NCBI GenBank assembly: GCA_963758495.1
Contig: CAVWVI010000004.1
Coordinates: forward strand, 960,001-1,024,000
Reading direction: 5' to 3'
Length of the DNA: 64,000 nt
Source: Oligoflexia bacterium
GTDB taxonomy: Bacteria; Bdellovibrionota; UBA1018
Shown: positions 21,970 to 33,808 of the stretch, piece after piece
Layout of the letters: each line of letters starts with the position of its first letter
Position numbering within the stretch: the first letter of the stretch is position 1
Made by a program: the position numbers and the translations under genes
Notes under the pieces: generated by a model
Database searches by the model: none
Told to the model about the DNA's origin: nothing
Seen by the model: the letters and a program-made list of their open reading frames with translations, nothing else

Positions 21970-23005
21970 TGAGGGCAGCTCCTTTTCTTAAATTATCAGA
22001 AACAACCCATAAATTCAGGCCGTTTTCAACTGACGGGTCTCTCCGAACCCGCCCCACGTAAACAGCATCTCGTCCCGTTGCACATTCCACTGGATCATTT
22101 CCAGAGGTCATCCCTAAGGGGTAGATATTCCTCTTCGGATCATCCTGTAAAATAACTCCTGGCTGTGCAGTTAAAGCCACTCTTACATCCTCAAGTTGAA
22201 ACGGACGCTCAAATTCGACATTCAAGGATTCACCATGACAAGAAAAGGTAGGAACTCGAACGGCTGTTGCAGAAACCTTGAGATTCGGCAACCCCAGCAA
22301 TTTTCTACTCTCATCGACCATTTTCAGTTCTTCACTGGTAGAGCCATCTTCCTTAAATCCGCCAATATGAGGAATGCAATTAAAAGCAATTTGATGTGTA
22401 AATTCTTTAGAGACCAACGTGTTTTGATTAAATAGTGCAACAGTCTGAAGAGAAAGCTCTTGGACAGCCGAAGTGCCCGCTCCACTCGTACTTTGGTAAG
22501 TAGAAGCTATGACTCGTTTTAGCCCCCATCGATCCATCAGAGGCTTGAGAGCCATCACCATTTGCACTGTAGAACAATTTGGACCTGCGATAATTCTCTC
22601 CCGAGGTGAAAACTTTTGAATGGGCTTGGAATTGAGATGAGCTTCTAATAAGTTCCCATTCACCTCTGGAACTACCAACAAAATATCTTTTTCTAAGCGA
22701 AAGGTAGCAGAATTATCCACCACCCAAGCACCAGCCTCTGCCGCTTGGGGAACCCACTCTTTTGAAACTGCATCGGACGCATCAAAAAATGCGATTTGAA
22801 CTCCATCGAAACATCCCTTTTCAAGGGTTTTGCAACGAACGGTTTTCCCATTCCATGAAATTGACTTTCCAGTAGATCGTGAAGAAGCAAAAGGTATCAG
22901 CTCACGAACAGGAAACTTGCGACTTTCCAAAACTCCAATCAACTCTTTTCCTACCGCTCCAGTCGCCCCAATAATCGCAATTTTAAGACCTTCTTTGTTG
23001 CTCAT
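21926..23005 (-). CDS. asd: Aspartate-semialdehyde dehydrogenase
   Basis: GATGAVG, PNCST, QSTSGAG, DNLRKGAALNAVQ. Confidence 0.96.
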   Translation of the reverse strand: MSNKEGLKIAIIGATGAVGKELIGVLESRKFPVRELIPFASSRSTGKSISWNGKTVRCKTLEKGCFDGVQIAFFDASDAVSKEWVPQAAEAGAWVVDNSATFRLEKDILLVVPEVNGNLLEAHLNSKPIQKFSPRERIIAGPNCSTVQMVMALKPLMDRWGLKRVIASTYQSTSGAGTSAVQELSLQTVALFNQNTLVSKEFTHQIAFNCIPHIGGFKEDGSTSEELKMVDESRKLLGLPNLKVSATAVRVPTFSCHGESLNVEFERPFQLEDVRVALTAQPGVILQDDPKRNIYPLGMTSGNDPVECATGRDAVYVGRVRRDPSVENGLNLWVVSDNLRKGAALNAVQMGEILLKALQ

Positions 23006-23738
23006 AAACAGTTGTACTCCCTTTATCAGTTTTCGAGAACACGGGAACTCGCTTGATCACACATGCGAGATTCCAACCTAGACTGAGACTTATATAAGCA
23101 CCGAGCAAGATGAAAAGAGTAATTTCAGGTTTTGCCGCAATGAGGATCATCGTTAAAACCCCAACTAAAAGGTATCCGAACGTAGCACGCGATCTCCAAT
23201 TCAATTCTTTATAAGAAGGAAATCGAATCGTGCTGACCATTAAACTGGCCAATCCTAAAGTTAAGAAAAGAACATAAATCGGACGAAAACTAGACCATTC
23301 AACTGCTTGATTAAAAATATTAAACGTAGCAATCATTCCCGCAGCCATTGGAATGGGTAACCCCTGAAAATACCCCTTAGGCAGCACATTGGTATTTACA
23401 TTAAATCTCGCCAACCTCAGTGCTCCACATGTCATGTACAAGAAAGCAGCAAGCCAGCCTAATCGTTGGTAAGGCTCAAGCGCCCATTGATACAATAAAA
23501 TACTAGGAGCCAAACCAAAGGATATCAAATCGGATAAGCTATCGTACTCCACTCCAAACTGACTCGTCGCTTTAGCAAGACGGGCAATTCGGCCATCTAA
23601 CATATCAAATACGCCTGCAGCCACAATGGCCCATGATGCCGTACCGTAGTCATGATGGACAGAAGCAATAATTGAATAGAACCCACAGAACATATTCGCC
23701 GTGGTCACAAAATTGGGGATAAGATAAACTTTTCGCAT
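22983..23738 (-). CDS. pssA: CDP-diacylglycerol--serine O-phosphatidyltransferase
   Basis: DMLDGRIAR...G...DSLSD motif, LRLARFN, FQGLPIP. Confidence 0.93.
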   Translation of the reverse strand: MRKVYLIPNFVTTANMFCGFYSIIASVHHDYGTASWAIVAAGVFDMLDGRIARLAKATSQFGVEYDSLSDLISFGLAPSILLYQWALEPYQRLGWLAAFLYMTCGALRLARFNVNTNVLPKGYFQGLPIPMAAGMIATFNIFNQAVEWSSFRPIYVLFLTLGLASLMVSTIRFPSYKELNWRSRATFGYLLVGVLTMILIAAKPEITLFILLGAYISLSLGWNLACVIKRVPVFSKTDKGSTTVYEQQRRS

Positions 23739-23777
23739 TTGATTCTATTTATACAACAGAAATAAAAATACGCCGAC

Positions 23778-24707
23778 CTAAAAGGCACCTAATAATAACC
23801 AAACTCCAACAACAGCTAGAATCACCCCTAAAGTCCTCAAAATAGAAAACTTCTCGAGCCCTAAAATGAACGCTGCTGGGACAGAAAGAACGGGAGACAG
23901 AGAGGCCAAAGTTGATCCCAAAACGAGCGGCGAATGAGACATTCCATACACGTAAAAAAATGAGCCAGCGAAAGCCTCAAGTACAAAGAGCCACAAGGAA
24001 TGAACCATTTGACGCTTAGGTAACAAAATGGACGACTGCGGAGCAATCAGTCTTCCAAATCCTGCGCTGAGAATCAGTGCCATGATCATACGAATCGTGG
24101 CTCCAACAGGAGTAGAAATATCAACCCCCCCACGAGCGGTGGTAAAACTATTGGTAGCCCAAGCGATAGAAGTGGCTATTGCTAATAAAAAACCCGTAAG
24201 AGGAAATACTTTCTTCGATTCGATTGAAATTGAACCTGATTTAGGCCCATTTAAAACAACGATGATCACACCACAAAGGGTGACCAACATACCGAGCCCT
24301 TGCGTAGTGGAGATGGACTGATGAGAAAATAAATACCCAGCAAGAACAGTCCAAAGAGGAAAACAAGAGCCAATTGCCAAAGCGCCGGGCACTCCCAAAG
24401 ACCGTGTACTCCATAAAAAAAGAGTATCGCCCAGCCCTAAACTTGCCGTCATGGAAAGTGCAAACCATGCCCAATGGGATGCCCGTACCGTTTGATAACT
24501 CGCAATCCCTTCCCAAAAACCACCTGATATCAAAAATGAAACCAAGATAAATAATGGCAAAGCTACGAGCGCTCGTGCAAAATTTACGGCAAATGCAGAA
24601 TATTGCTGAGTCAGTCGAGAATATCCAGCCGATCCAATTGCCCAAGTGATAGAGGAACTTAAAGCACATAAAGGACCTAAAGCAGCTGGGTTGAGCCAAT
24701 CTTCCAT
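23778..24707 (-). CDS. DMT/EamA family transporter
   Basis: About 10 TM segments in two EamA-like halves. Confidence 0.85.
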   Translation of the reverse strand: MEDWLNPAALGPLCALSSSITWAIGSAGYSRLTQQYSAFAVNFARALVALPLFILVSFLISGGFWEGIASYQTVRASHWAWFALSMTASLGLGDTLFLWSTRSLGVPGALAIGSCFPLWTVLAGYLFSHQSISTTQGLGMLVTLCGVIIVVLNGPKSGSISIESKKVFPLTGFLLAIATSIAWATNSFTTARGGVDISTPVGATIRMIMALILSAGFGRLIAPQSSILLPKRQMVHSLWLFVLEAFAGSFFYVYGMSHSPLVLGSTLASLSPVLSVPAAFILGLEKFSILRTLGVILAVVGVWLLLGAF

Positions 24708-24708
24708 A

Positions 24709-25551
24709 TTAACCTCTTTTCAGAGCATAGGGACGCGCTAAAAGCCCAGCTTTTAACTTGAGTTCTGCATCAGATGCTCGAAGGTATCTAGGATACACGA
24801 AAATACCACCCCGCGTCAATCCTGCCTGAAAGGCTTCCCAAACTAAAAGTCCAAGATAACGTCCTTGAATTTGATTTGGGTAAAGGAGGGGATCTACAAT
24901 CTCTTTCCGAATTGGGAGTTTATTCCATTCTTCAAGATAGCGTTGCCTTCCTTCACCTATAGCAACCCATTGAGTGTTTTTATTCCCACGAAGGAGTGCT
25001 TTTTTCACTGAGACCATTAAATCCTCAGGCCTCAACACTTGCTCTTGAACTCCACGTTTCCAAAGTCCTGGACTGTTCTCTTCAGGCATCACAGTACAAT
25101 TTAAAACCGATTTCGAGTCTCCCCATAGGGCAAAGAGCTCACCTTTGCACGCATCGGTGACAGCGATAGTAATTGTCTGAAATTTCAGACTTTTTTCTGA
25201 AAAATGAATAGCCACAGGCCGTAGTAGTGCGGCTAAACTTGAAACACTCACCAAAGGCTTTTGAAACGTATGGGATAAAGTACGAGCCGTAGTGATTCCA
25301 ATACGCAAACCTGTAAAACTTCCTGGACCAACTCCTACCCCAAATAGATCAACGTCTTCAAGCTTCCAACGTGCTGACTCAAGCACTTGGTGAATACCCC
25401 ACAAAAGTCGCTCCGAATGGGTTGAATCTACGTTGAGCGCCAGTTCTGCGACAAGTCGAACCGCTTTCCAATCAGGCGTTACATTCTGATCCCACTCTAA
25501 AGCAACAATAGCCCCGGACTTTGATGAGGTATCCCAAGCAATGAGTTTCAT
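24709..25551 (-). CDS. tsaB: tRNA threonylcarbamoyladenosine biosynthesis protein TsaB
   Basis: DTS, HSERL, GPGSFTGLRIG, PRYLR. Confidence 0.93.
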   Translation of the reverse strand: MKLIAWDTSSKSGAIVALEWDQNVTPDWKAVRLVAELALNVDSTHSERLLWGIHQVLESARWKLEDVDLFGVGVGPGSFTGLRIGITTARTLSHTFQKPLVSVSSLAALLRPVAIHFSEKSLKFQTITIAVTDACKGELFALWGDSKSVLNCTVMPEENSPGLWKRGVQEQVLRPEDLMVSVKKALLRGNKNTQWVAIGEGRQRYLEEWNKLPIRKEIVDPLLYPNQIQGRYLGLLVWEAFQAGLTRGGIFVYPRYLRASDAELKLKAGLLARPYALKRG

Positions 25552-27233
25552 GAATAAAAAAGACGGGCAAGATCATTACGAAATGCAATACCCATTAAAG
25601 TAAGAATTAAAATGAGTCCGACTCCTTGAACCACTTCCATCTGACGAAGGGTTAAAGGTTTTCCTCGGATACTTTCAACTCCAAGAAGTAATAGATGTCC
25701 ACCATCTAACACTGGAACGGGAAGAATATTGAGCACCCCTAATCCAATTGAAAAAATCGCCATATTCGTCAGAAAAGCAATCAATCCTCGAGTCAACGAT
25801 TCACCAGCAATCTTACCAATCATAATTGGACCCCCAAGAGAGCCCATGGAAACATCACCCGTAACCATTTTTTTCAAAGAAACCAAATTTCGCCAAGACA
25901 AGGTGATCATTCGATCAGTGGCCTGATAAACTAACTTGAAAGGATTCCATACCCGTTCGATAAAGGTCACTGGCTCAGCTAGCGTGAGCAAAGGAATCAC
26001 ACCTACCGTGTACTGGGTTGTTTTATTTAAAATAGGGTCGCGACCTGTAGTTATGGTTGGAGTAATCATAGACGAGTAGATTCGCCCTCCTCTTTCCCAA
26101 AACAACTGAACTTTACCTTCTTTTTCACCCGATTTTTGCACAGCATCTTTGAGTTCAAAAAAACTTTGAACCTCTTGACCTCCAACCCGAAGAAGCCGAT
26201 CACCATATTTTAAACCAGCAACTTCAGCAGGTGATTTTGGAACGGTTTTATCAATAAATAGCTCGGAGGAATGGAGTCCAAACACTTCCTCTAAAGTTTT
26301 AGGTAAAGCATTGGATTCTCCCTGAGAGAACTTAGGCTTCTCCCAAGTAAGAGACTTTATTTCGCCAGTTTTTGCTTTTTGAAATTGGATTTCAAACTGC
26401 GTGCCCGGCGTCATTTCAGAATAAATCGAATCCATTTCTTCCCAAGTAAGAATGGGGCGCTGATTCAATGACACGATTTTATCACCTGTTTCAATCCCAG
26501 CTTGAGCAGCCACCGATTTTGGATTTGAAACACCCACGAGATTTGCCCGAGGCAGAGGCAACATACCCTCTACTTCCCCAACTGCAGTCGACTCTCCATA
26601 AATACTAAAGCCCGTTTGACTGGATGTTTTTACTTGAATGTGAGTAGGATTTTTACTCTTAGGATGTAAAACTTCAAAATCAACGTTTCTTCCAGGACTT
26701 TCATTAAGAGCGATCACGACTTCTTCGTATTTTTTAATCGGCTTATGATCGATCGCTAAAATATGATCTCCGCTTTGAAATCCCACTTTTTCGGCAACAG
26801 ATCCATGCACCACGCGCCCAATGACATTAGCAACTTGGGGCTCACCTATCGCTAAGATTGCCATAAAGATAAAAATAGCGAGTAAAAAGTTAAACAAGGG
26901 CCCACCGAAAAAAATGAAAAACCTCTTCCAAGGTTTTTGCTTATGGAGAGCCCGCTTTTGCTCTGCTTCACTCAGTGGAGTGTCTCGATCTTCTCCCAAG
27001 AGCTTAACATAGCCTCCCATCGGGATCGCTGATACTCTAAGCTCAGTTTCCCCCATTTGCCGGGACCAAAGCGTAGGTCCAAAACCAATGGAAAATATTT
27101 CGGCCTTAACCCCAAAGATTTTGGCAAAAACAAAATGTCCAAATTCATGAAAAACAACAAGAGGTACCAAAATAATGAGAAAAGCAAAAAATGAGTGCAA
27201 AAATGAAGCGAACCCATTCGTTAAGGCGAGCAT
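25548..27233 (-). CDS. rseP: RIP metalloprotease RseP with several PDZ domains
   Basis: HEFGH, GGPLFN, NILPVPVLDGG. Confidence 0.95.
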   Translation of the reverse strand: MLALTNGFASFLHSFFAFLIILVPLVVFHEFGHFVFAKIFGVKAEIFSIGFGPTLWSRQMGETELRVSAIPMGGYVKLLGEDRDTPLSEAEQKRALHKQKPWKRFFIFFGGPLFNFLLAIFIFMAILAIGEPQVANVIGRVVHGSVAEKVGFQSGDHILAIDHKPIKKYEEVVIALNESPGRNVDFEVLHPKSKNPTHIQVKTSSQTGFSIYGESTAVGEVEGMLPLPRANLVGVSNPKSVAAQAGIETGDKIVSLNQRPILTWEEMDSIYSEMTPGTQFEIQFQKAKTGEIKSLTWEKPKFSQGESNALPKTLEEVFGLHSSELFIDKTVPKSPAEVAGLKYGDRLLRVGGQEVQSFFELKDAVQKSGEKEGKVQLFWERGGRIYSSMITPTITTGRDPILNKTTQYTVGVIPLLTLAEPVTFIERVWNPFKLVYQATDRMITLSWRNLVSLKKMVTGDVSMGSLGGPIMIGKIAGESLTRGLIAFLTNMAIFSIGLGVLNILPVPVLDGGHLLLLGVESIRGKPLTLRQMEVVQGVGLILILTLMGIAFRNDLARLFYS

Positions 27234-27245
27234 TACGACCTCCGA

Positions 27246-28073
27246 TTAATTAAATATCCAAATACAAGCATACATCGCGGGAAGACTAAAAATCACTCCA
27301 TCAAATCGATCTAACATACCGCCATGTCCTGGAAGAATAGATCCTGAATCCTTTTTATCAAAAGCTCGCTTAAAAAAGCTCTCACAAAGATCCCCTACTT
27401 GCGCCATGCTTCCTACAAAAACAGGTATAAATACCGCACCTAGCCAAGACATATTGTGAATCAACAGCAGCTTAAAAACAAAAGTCACAAGAATACCCGC
27501 AAGAATCCCACCCAGAGCACCTTCCCTTGTTTTTTTAGGGCTTATTTCTGGATAAAGTTTTATTTTTCCATATTTTTTGCCCACAAAATAAGCTGCCGAA
27601 TCTCCCATCCAAACAATAAATAGAAAAAGAACAGTCCATTCTACTCCGTTTGCTGATTCATAAATTTTGCGCAAATAGAGAGGTAGAAAAATCAAATAAA
27701 GGACTGCAAAAAAAGAATACATCAGCTCCTTAAAATGAATTGAAAAATTGAGTTGCTTATGACGCTTGGCGCTGATTAAAAAATAAATAAAGAGCACTAT
27801 GAAGGTGACCACGAGTGACTGATATTCCGAATGGTGCGCCAGTAAATTTACAAGTGCAACAAACCAGCCTAATGACAAAAGCACATAGCGTTTCTCAATA
27901 CGATCCCCTAATGTGAAAATAATATCTGTAAACTCAACTATCATGGCAAGAGAGAGAAGAGTCGAAAGAAAAAATATCCCCAAGGTTCCACCAAAAACTA
28001 CAAGACCTAAGAGGGCAATCCCGCCTATTAGCCCAGTGAGGACTCTTTTCTTGAGTTCGCTGTTTCCATTCAT
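27246..28073 (-). CDS. cdsA: Phosphatidate cytidylyltransferase
   Basis: SPKKTREG, KDSGSILPGHGGMLDRFD. Confidence 0.95.
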   Translation of the reverse strand: MNGNSELKKRVLTGLIGGIALLGLVVFGGTLGIFFLSTLLSLAMIVEFTDIIFTLGDRIEKRYVLLSLGWFVALVNLLAHHSEYQSLVVTFIVLFIYFLISAKRHKQLNFSIHFKELMYSFFAVLYLIFLPLYLRKIYESANGVEWTVLFLFIVWMGDSAAYFVGKKYGKIKLYPEISPKKTREGALGGILAGILVTFVFKLLLIHNMSWLGAVFIPVFVGSMAQVGDLCESFFKRAFDKKDSGSILPGHGGMLDRFDGVIFSLPAMYACIWIFN

Positions 28074-28831
28074 ACAGACGCCAAAATAGGATTATCGTTG
28101 TGCTCAGGATTCACTTGGGTCAACCCTCCAAATCGTCGCTCTCGCTTCGAATATTCTAAAATAGCTGCGGTTAACTCTTGAGGAGTAAAATCAGGCCAAC
28201 AGATATCTAGAAACACGAATTCAGCATAGGCCGCCTGCCATAATAAAAAGTTACTCACCCGAAATTCTCCGCTTGTCCGAATAAAAAGATCTACCTCAGA
28301 AAGTTCATGACACTTTGAAGTCCATAAATACTTGTTCATCAAATTTTCATCTAAGTTTTCAGGAGTGTTTTGGCCCGTCATGCAATCTTCAGCAAATTGC
28401 TTAGCCGCACGAACCAATTCTCTCCGAGAACCATAAGATAATGCAAATGTCAGAAGTAGTCCTGTATTACCGGAGAGCTTTTGGACAACTCCATCCAAAA
28501 CCTTTCGTAGACTTTCATCAAGACGATCCACTTCTCCAATCACATGGAGTCGAACATTTTGTCGATGAAGCTCATTTGCATCACGAATTAAATACTTTCT
28601 GAGAAGTTTCCAAAGAATATTGAGTTCATTCTCCGGTCGAGCCCAATTTTCAGTTGAAAACGCATAAAGCGTCAGTGCCTTAACACCTAAACGACTCGCA
28701 GTATCCACCACTGCGCGAACTCGTGACGCCCCTCTTACATGCCCAAAAAAGCGAGGACGTCCACGTCGCTGGGCCCAACGACCATTTCCATCCATGATAA
28801 TTGCAATATGTTTAGGGATCGTTAAATTCAC
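28070..28831 (-). CDS. uppS: Undecaprenyl diphosphate synthase
   Basis: HIAIIMDGNGRWA, FSTENW, RTSGEFRVSNFLLWQ. Confidence 0.96.
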   Translation of the reverse strand: MNLTIPKHIAIIMDGNGRWAQRRGRPRFFGHVRGASRVRAVVDTASRLGVKALTLYAFSTENWARPENELNILWKLLRKYLIRDANELHRQNVRLHVIGEVDRLDESLRKVLDGVVQKLSGNTGLLLTFALSYGSRRELVRAAKQFAEDCMTGQNTPENLDENLMNKYLWTSKCHELSEVDLFIRTSGEFRVSNFLLWQAAYAEFVFLDICWPDFTPQELTAAILEYSKRERRFGGLTQVNPEHNDNPILASV

Positions 28832-28851
28832 TTGTTAAATTCACTTATTTC

Positions 28852-29409
28852 TCAAATAGTCATGATTTCTTTTTCTTTAGATAGGATAGTCTTATCCACC
28901 TCAGCTACTTTTTCGTCTGTTTTCTTTTGGACAAGTTCCATAGCTTTTTTTGCATCATCTTCGGATAATAGTTTTGCCTTTTCTTCCTTCTTCAACTCTT
29001 CGTTGCCGTCCCGCCGATGATTCCGCACAGCAATTTTCGTTTCCTCACCCATTTTCTTAACTAACTTAACCATTTCCTTACGTCGCTCTTCAGTCAAGAG
29101 AGGAAGTGGAATTCTTATCACTTTCCCATCACTCTGGGGAGTCAAGCCAATATTAGCAGCTAAAATAGCTTTCTCAATTGCCCCAATCATTCCGCCTTCC
29201 CAAGGAGAAACCTGAATTGTTCGAGCATCAGGCGTAGTCACATTAGCTACCTGATTTAAGGGGACACTGGATCCATAATAATCCACATGAACCGTATCTA
29301 CGAGCGCAGTAGATGCTCGTCCCGTACGGACTTTAGCAAGATCTGCCTTAAGGGATTGAATGCTTTTATCCATGCTTTGAGCCATTGAGTCGAGCACTGC
29401 TTTTGACAT
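28852..29409 (-). CDS. frr: Ribosome recycling factor
   Basis: RTGRAS, LTEERRKE, VRNHRRD. Confidence 0.97.
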   Translation of the reverse strand: MSKAVLDSMAQSMDKSIQSLKADLAKVRTGRASTALVDTVHVDYYGSSVPLNQVANVTTPDARTIQVSPWEGGMIGAIEKAILAANIGLTPQSDGKVIRIPLPLLTEERRKEMVKLVKKMGEETKIAVRNHRRDGNEELKKEEKAKLLSEDDAKKAMELVQKKTDEKVAEVDKTILSKEKEIMTI

Positions 29410-29482
29410 GATTCTCTCCTTCGTGAGCTTACAGGCGTCAGGCTACAGCTCACAGCTTTAATTATGCTTTTATTATTTTTAA

Positions 29483-30226
<744 letters not shown>

Positions 30227-30246
30227 TTAGGACCCTAGAGTACAGT

Positions 30247-30276
30247 CTCCCGGCTTCTTTTTAAAGAAGCCGGGAG
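30247..30276. terminator. Strong hairpin between tsf and pyrH
   Basis: CTCCCGGCTTCTTT/AAAGAAGCCGGGAG inverted repeat; no clear U-tract, so possibly a pause or stability element. Confidence 0.5.
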
Positions 30277-30316
30277 GAATATAAAATCCATCCTAAAAAT
30301 TAGGCTAGACTTTTAA

Positions 30317-30943
30317 CTATTGTTGTACTTCTTCCGAAACTTCTTTCAAACCTTCACCCAAAGCATACCTTGTGAATCTCCTAATAGAAATATTTTCTCC
30401 AAGAGTTGCAATGGTTTCTTTCAGAAGCTGTTCAATTGTCTTATTGGAATCTTTCACAAACAATTGATAAAGTAAGCAATTATCTTCGTAGAACTTCTTG
30501 AGCTTACCTTCTGCAATTTTCTCTAAAACCGCAGCAGGCTTACCAGAAGCTTGCATTTGCGCAATTGCAATTTCCTTCTCTTTGGCAAGAATTTCCGAAG
30601 GTACTTCTTCCATTCGAACCCATTGTGGATTTGCAGCTGCTACATGCATTGCAATATCTTTCACAAACTGCCGGAATTGTTCAGTTCGGGCTACAAAATC
30701 GGTCTCACAATTCACTTCGAGCAGAACACCTACTCTGCCTTCACCGTGAATGTATGATATGACTGAACCTTCTTTTGTCATCCTGCCCGCTTTTTTTGCA
30801 GCAGAAGCAATTCCCTTTTTACGAAGATACTCAACAGATTTTTCAAAATCTCCTGAACATTCTACAAGCGCCTTTTTGCAATCCATCATCCCTGCGCCTG
30901 TTTTTTCTCGAAGATCTTTGACCAATGTGGCTGAAATTTCCAT
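30317..30943 (-). CDS. tsf: Elongation factor Ts (short form)
   Basis: LREKTGAGMMDCKKAL, EVNCETDFVA; AAGGAG SD before ATG 30943. Confidence 0.96.
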   Translation of the reverse strand: MEISATLVKDLREKTGAGMMDCKKALVECSGDFEKSVEYLRKKGIASAAKKAGRMTKEGSVISYIHGEGRVGVLLEVNCETDFVARTEQFRQFVKDIAMHVAAANPQWVRMEEVPSEILAKEKEIAIAQMQASGKPAAVLEKIAEGKLKKFYEDNCLLYQLFVKDSNKTIEQLLKETIATLGENISIRRFTRYALGEGLKEVSEEVQQ

Positions 30944-30947
30944 GGTC

Positions 30948-31892
30948 TTATTCTCCTTTCGCTTTTTTGCTCTTCTTGACTGCAGCTGGCTTCTCGGCAA
31001 CAGCAGGAGCAGCGGCTTTTTCCGCTCCAGCTGCTTCTACTACTAATTCTTCTCCCTTTAACTGAGCTTCCACTTCTTGAGCTTCAAGATCAGCCTCATC
31101 CACTCCTTGAAGGTCGATATCGCCTTCAAATCTGGATACTTTTTTCTCAGTTTCTGCGTCTTCTTTAGCACTTGCATCGGCAACTTCTTGTGCGCGAAGC
31201 TTTTCTTGAAATACTCGGGTGCCTTCAATACAGCTATCCGCAATCAATCTTGCAAAAAGACGAATACTGCGAATCGCATCATCATTACCAGGAATGACAT
31301 AAGTAATATTAGAAGGATCACAATTTGTATCTACAACTGCAATAGTAGGAATTCCAAGCTTCTTGGCTTCCTTCACAGCAATATGTTCTTTCTCAGTATC
31401 AACAACGAAAATCGCGCCTGGAAGCTTCTTCATGTCTTGAATGCCGCCCAATGATTTTCGCAAATTCTCTAACTCGCGATCAATTCTTGATTGTTCCTTC
31501 TTAGGCGTTTCATCCCATTCTGGAGAAATTTTAAGGGCTTCTAATTTTTTCAAACGATCGATCGATGCCTTAACCGTTTGATAATTAGTCAACATCCCAC
31601 CTAGCCAGCGATTAGTTACATGATACATGCCTGCGCGCTTTGCTTCTTCTTCAATCACGTCTTTAGCTTGCTTTTTCGTGCCGACGAATAATACTTTTTT
31701 ACCTTCAGATGCCACTTGAGTAGCAAAGGCACAAGCAGCGCGAGTCTGATCTACCGTCTTTTGAAGATCGATAATATAAATTCCATTACGAGACCCGAAA
31801 ACATAAGGCTTCATTTTAGGATTCCAACGACGAGTCTGGTGACCAAAATGAACCCCTGATTCCAAAAGCTCGCGCATAGTTATAGCAGGCAT
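30948..31892 (-). CDS. rpsB: 30S ribosomal protein S2
   Basis: [33 protein letters not shown]. Confidence 0.97.
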   Translation of the reverse strand: MPAITMRELLESGVHFGHQTRRWNPKMKPYVFGSRNGIYIIDLQKTVDQTRAACAFATQVASEGKKVLFVGTKKQAKDVIEEEAKRAGMYHVTNRWLGGMLTNYQTVKASIDRLKKLEALKISPEWDETPKKEQSRIDRELENLRKSLGGIQDMKKLPGAIFVVDTEKEHIAVKEAKKLGIPTIAVVDTNCDPSNITYVIPGNDDAIRSIRLFARLIADSCIEGTRVFQEKLRAQEVADASAKEDAETEKKVSRFEGDIDLQGVDEADLEAQEVEAQLKGEELVVEAAGAEKAAAPAVAEKPAAVKKSKKAKGE

Positions 31893-32070
31893 AAAAAACT
31901 CCTTCATTCAATCAATATGCGGAAGTCAAAACAGCGCGAACGCGCAGAAAGGCTTACCGCGGTTTTTTTGAAGCTACCTTTTAGATAAGAACCGTTCTTA
32001 AACCAAATGGAGCTTCCGTCCACTCTAGATGACCGACAGTTGCCGGAACCACGTTTGCCTAGAGTGTGCA
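31893..32070 (-). ncRNA. Probable rpsB 5' leader (S2 autoregulatory, t44-like)
   Basis: Long UTR starting CACAC with stems (CACTCTAG/CTAGAGTG) at the expected position. Confidence 0.45.
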
Positions 32071-32301
32071 TGATGCCGCCATTTCTATCCTAAAAGGAGC
32101 AATAGAATCAACTGAAAAAATGGGGCAATAGCATGGGATAAAACTCAATACTTGATAAAACAAATCAACTTAAGCCAGTGGGAGCTTTATGAATTAATTT
32201 GCATTTTTTTTGTATGCTTTGTTTTTATTTTAGTAACTATCCATGCAAAAAAAGAGCAAATCATTATCAGATATTGAAATTTTAAGCGCCTACCAGTATA
32301 A

Positions 32302-33798
32302 CTAGTCTAGTTGACTGTTTAATTCAAAAATAGCTTCCAGACCCAGAATTCGATGAAAATAATCGGACCTCTGAAGTTCAGGGGTTACGCCATTTGCTGC
32401 AATAAGAACACGCTCCACTGTATATTTTTGAGGAGCCTGAAGTAACTCTATCTTTCTTTGAACCTGCGCGATGACTTCTGTACCAATAGGATTTATAGAA
32501 AATTTACACTCAATCAATGATAAGATCTGACCTTTTCGATGAATCAGAGCATCAATTTGCACTCCTTCAAGAGATTGCGCTATTTTTTTTGACTTCCTGA
32601 TTTGCCCCTTCTTTTTAGAGCGATGGGACGTGCGCGGCCCTTGCCTAAAGAAAGGACCATAACCCAAGACATCCTGAGGCAAGATATTTAAATGCTCTAG
32701 CAGATTAGGTAAGTTTTTAAAGCAAAGTCGCTCAAATGCTAAGCCAAAATAGGCAGCCAAGCTTTGATTGGTTAGACTCTCGAATAAGCCTCTGGATGTA
32801 TTGGATTGAATCGATAAGAGATTGGGCTCAATATAAGAAAAATAAAAATGGAGCCATTCATCCCAAAGGACATACTTCTGGGTTTTAGTCCCCTTGGACT
32901 TTTCTAATGAAAGAGAAGGAAATTTTTTGACAAAATCAGCCGCTTCTAAGTTTGTAAGATACCCCGTTAGCCCTCCTCCACCCTCGACATTGAGTGCTTT
33001 CGCTAAGCTCTCTTTTGACTGACTTTCTTTACTTAAAAAACGAACGATACTCTCATACGTTTTGATGACTTTGAATTGTTCTTTAAATAGCGTTTCAAAT
33101 TCCGTCACAAAAAAACCGTACTTTTGGAAGCAAAGTCGATCCATGTTTTCAGACAATGATCGAGAAGGATCAAGTTGTTCCAAATATTTTGGAATTCCTC
33201 CAAAAATCATTAAAAACTTAGCGATCTCGAAATAAGATCGCTTTCCTCTGAAAAATAATTTTGCTTCATGTGCTGGCAATGAATCGAGTTTGATCTCAAG
33301 CGTTTTTCGGTTATGAAGAGCGGTGGAGTGAACCAGATGTTTAACCATAAACTGCGCCACTGAGCCGCATAAAATCAGCTTTACACCTGGATTCTCTTTC
33401 CAGTGTCGATCCCAATAATATTTTATCAAGGAAATGAGTTCTTTGCGCTCCGAGGCCATCCACTGAAATTCATCAAAAACAATATAATGTTTTCCTTTAC
33501 TCACAATCCCAGTGAATGCATCGAGTGCTTGAGGCCAGCTATCAGCCCTGTAGGGTATGCTTTTCGTCATTTTAGCTAATTCATTCGTAAAATGGAAAAT
33601 CTGCTTTTTCAGAGAGACTCCCTGAATGCCTTCGAAGTATAGGCTTCGATGGGGCTGGCCTATTTTACTTTGGATGAGATGTTTTAATAAACTAGACTTT
33701 CCAACTCTTCTTCTCCCATAAAGAATGACCAGTTCGGCACGAGTTGAATTCACTGCATCTGTCAAAATCTTAATTTCATACGATCGCCCAATAAACAT
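32302..33798 (-). CDS. AAA-family ATPase with wHTH and C-terminal PD-(D/E)XK (DUF234-like) domain
   Basis: MFIGR..E, GRRRVGKS, FDEFQW, CGS, GGIPKYL, FERL...QIDAL...IECK. Confidence 0.85.
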   Translation of the reverse strand: MFIGRSYEIKILTDAVNSTRAELVILYGRRRVGKSSLLKHLIQSKIGQPHRSLYFEGIQGVSLKKQIFHFTNELAKMTKSIPYRADSWPQALDAFTGIVSKGKHYIVFDEFQWMASERKELISLIKYYWDRHWKENPGVKLILCGSVAQFMVKHLVHSTALHNRKTLEIKLDSLPAHEAKLFFRGKRSYFEIAKFLMIFGGIPKYLEQLDPSRSLSENMDRLCFQKYGFFVTEFETLFKEQFKVIKTYESIVRFLSKESQSKESLAKALNVEGGGGLTGYLTNLEAADFVKKFPSLSLEKSKGTKTQKYVLWDEWLHFYFSYIEPNLLSIQSNTSRGLFESLTNQSLAAYFGLAFERLCFKNLPNLLEHLNILPQDVLGYGPFFRQGPRTSHRSKKKGQIRKSKKIAQSLEGVQIDALIHRKGQILSLIECKFSINPIGTEVIAQVQRKIELLQAPQKYTVERVLIAANGVTPELQRSDYFHRILGLEAIFELNSQLD

Positions 33799-33808
33799 AT
33801 TTATCAAG

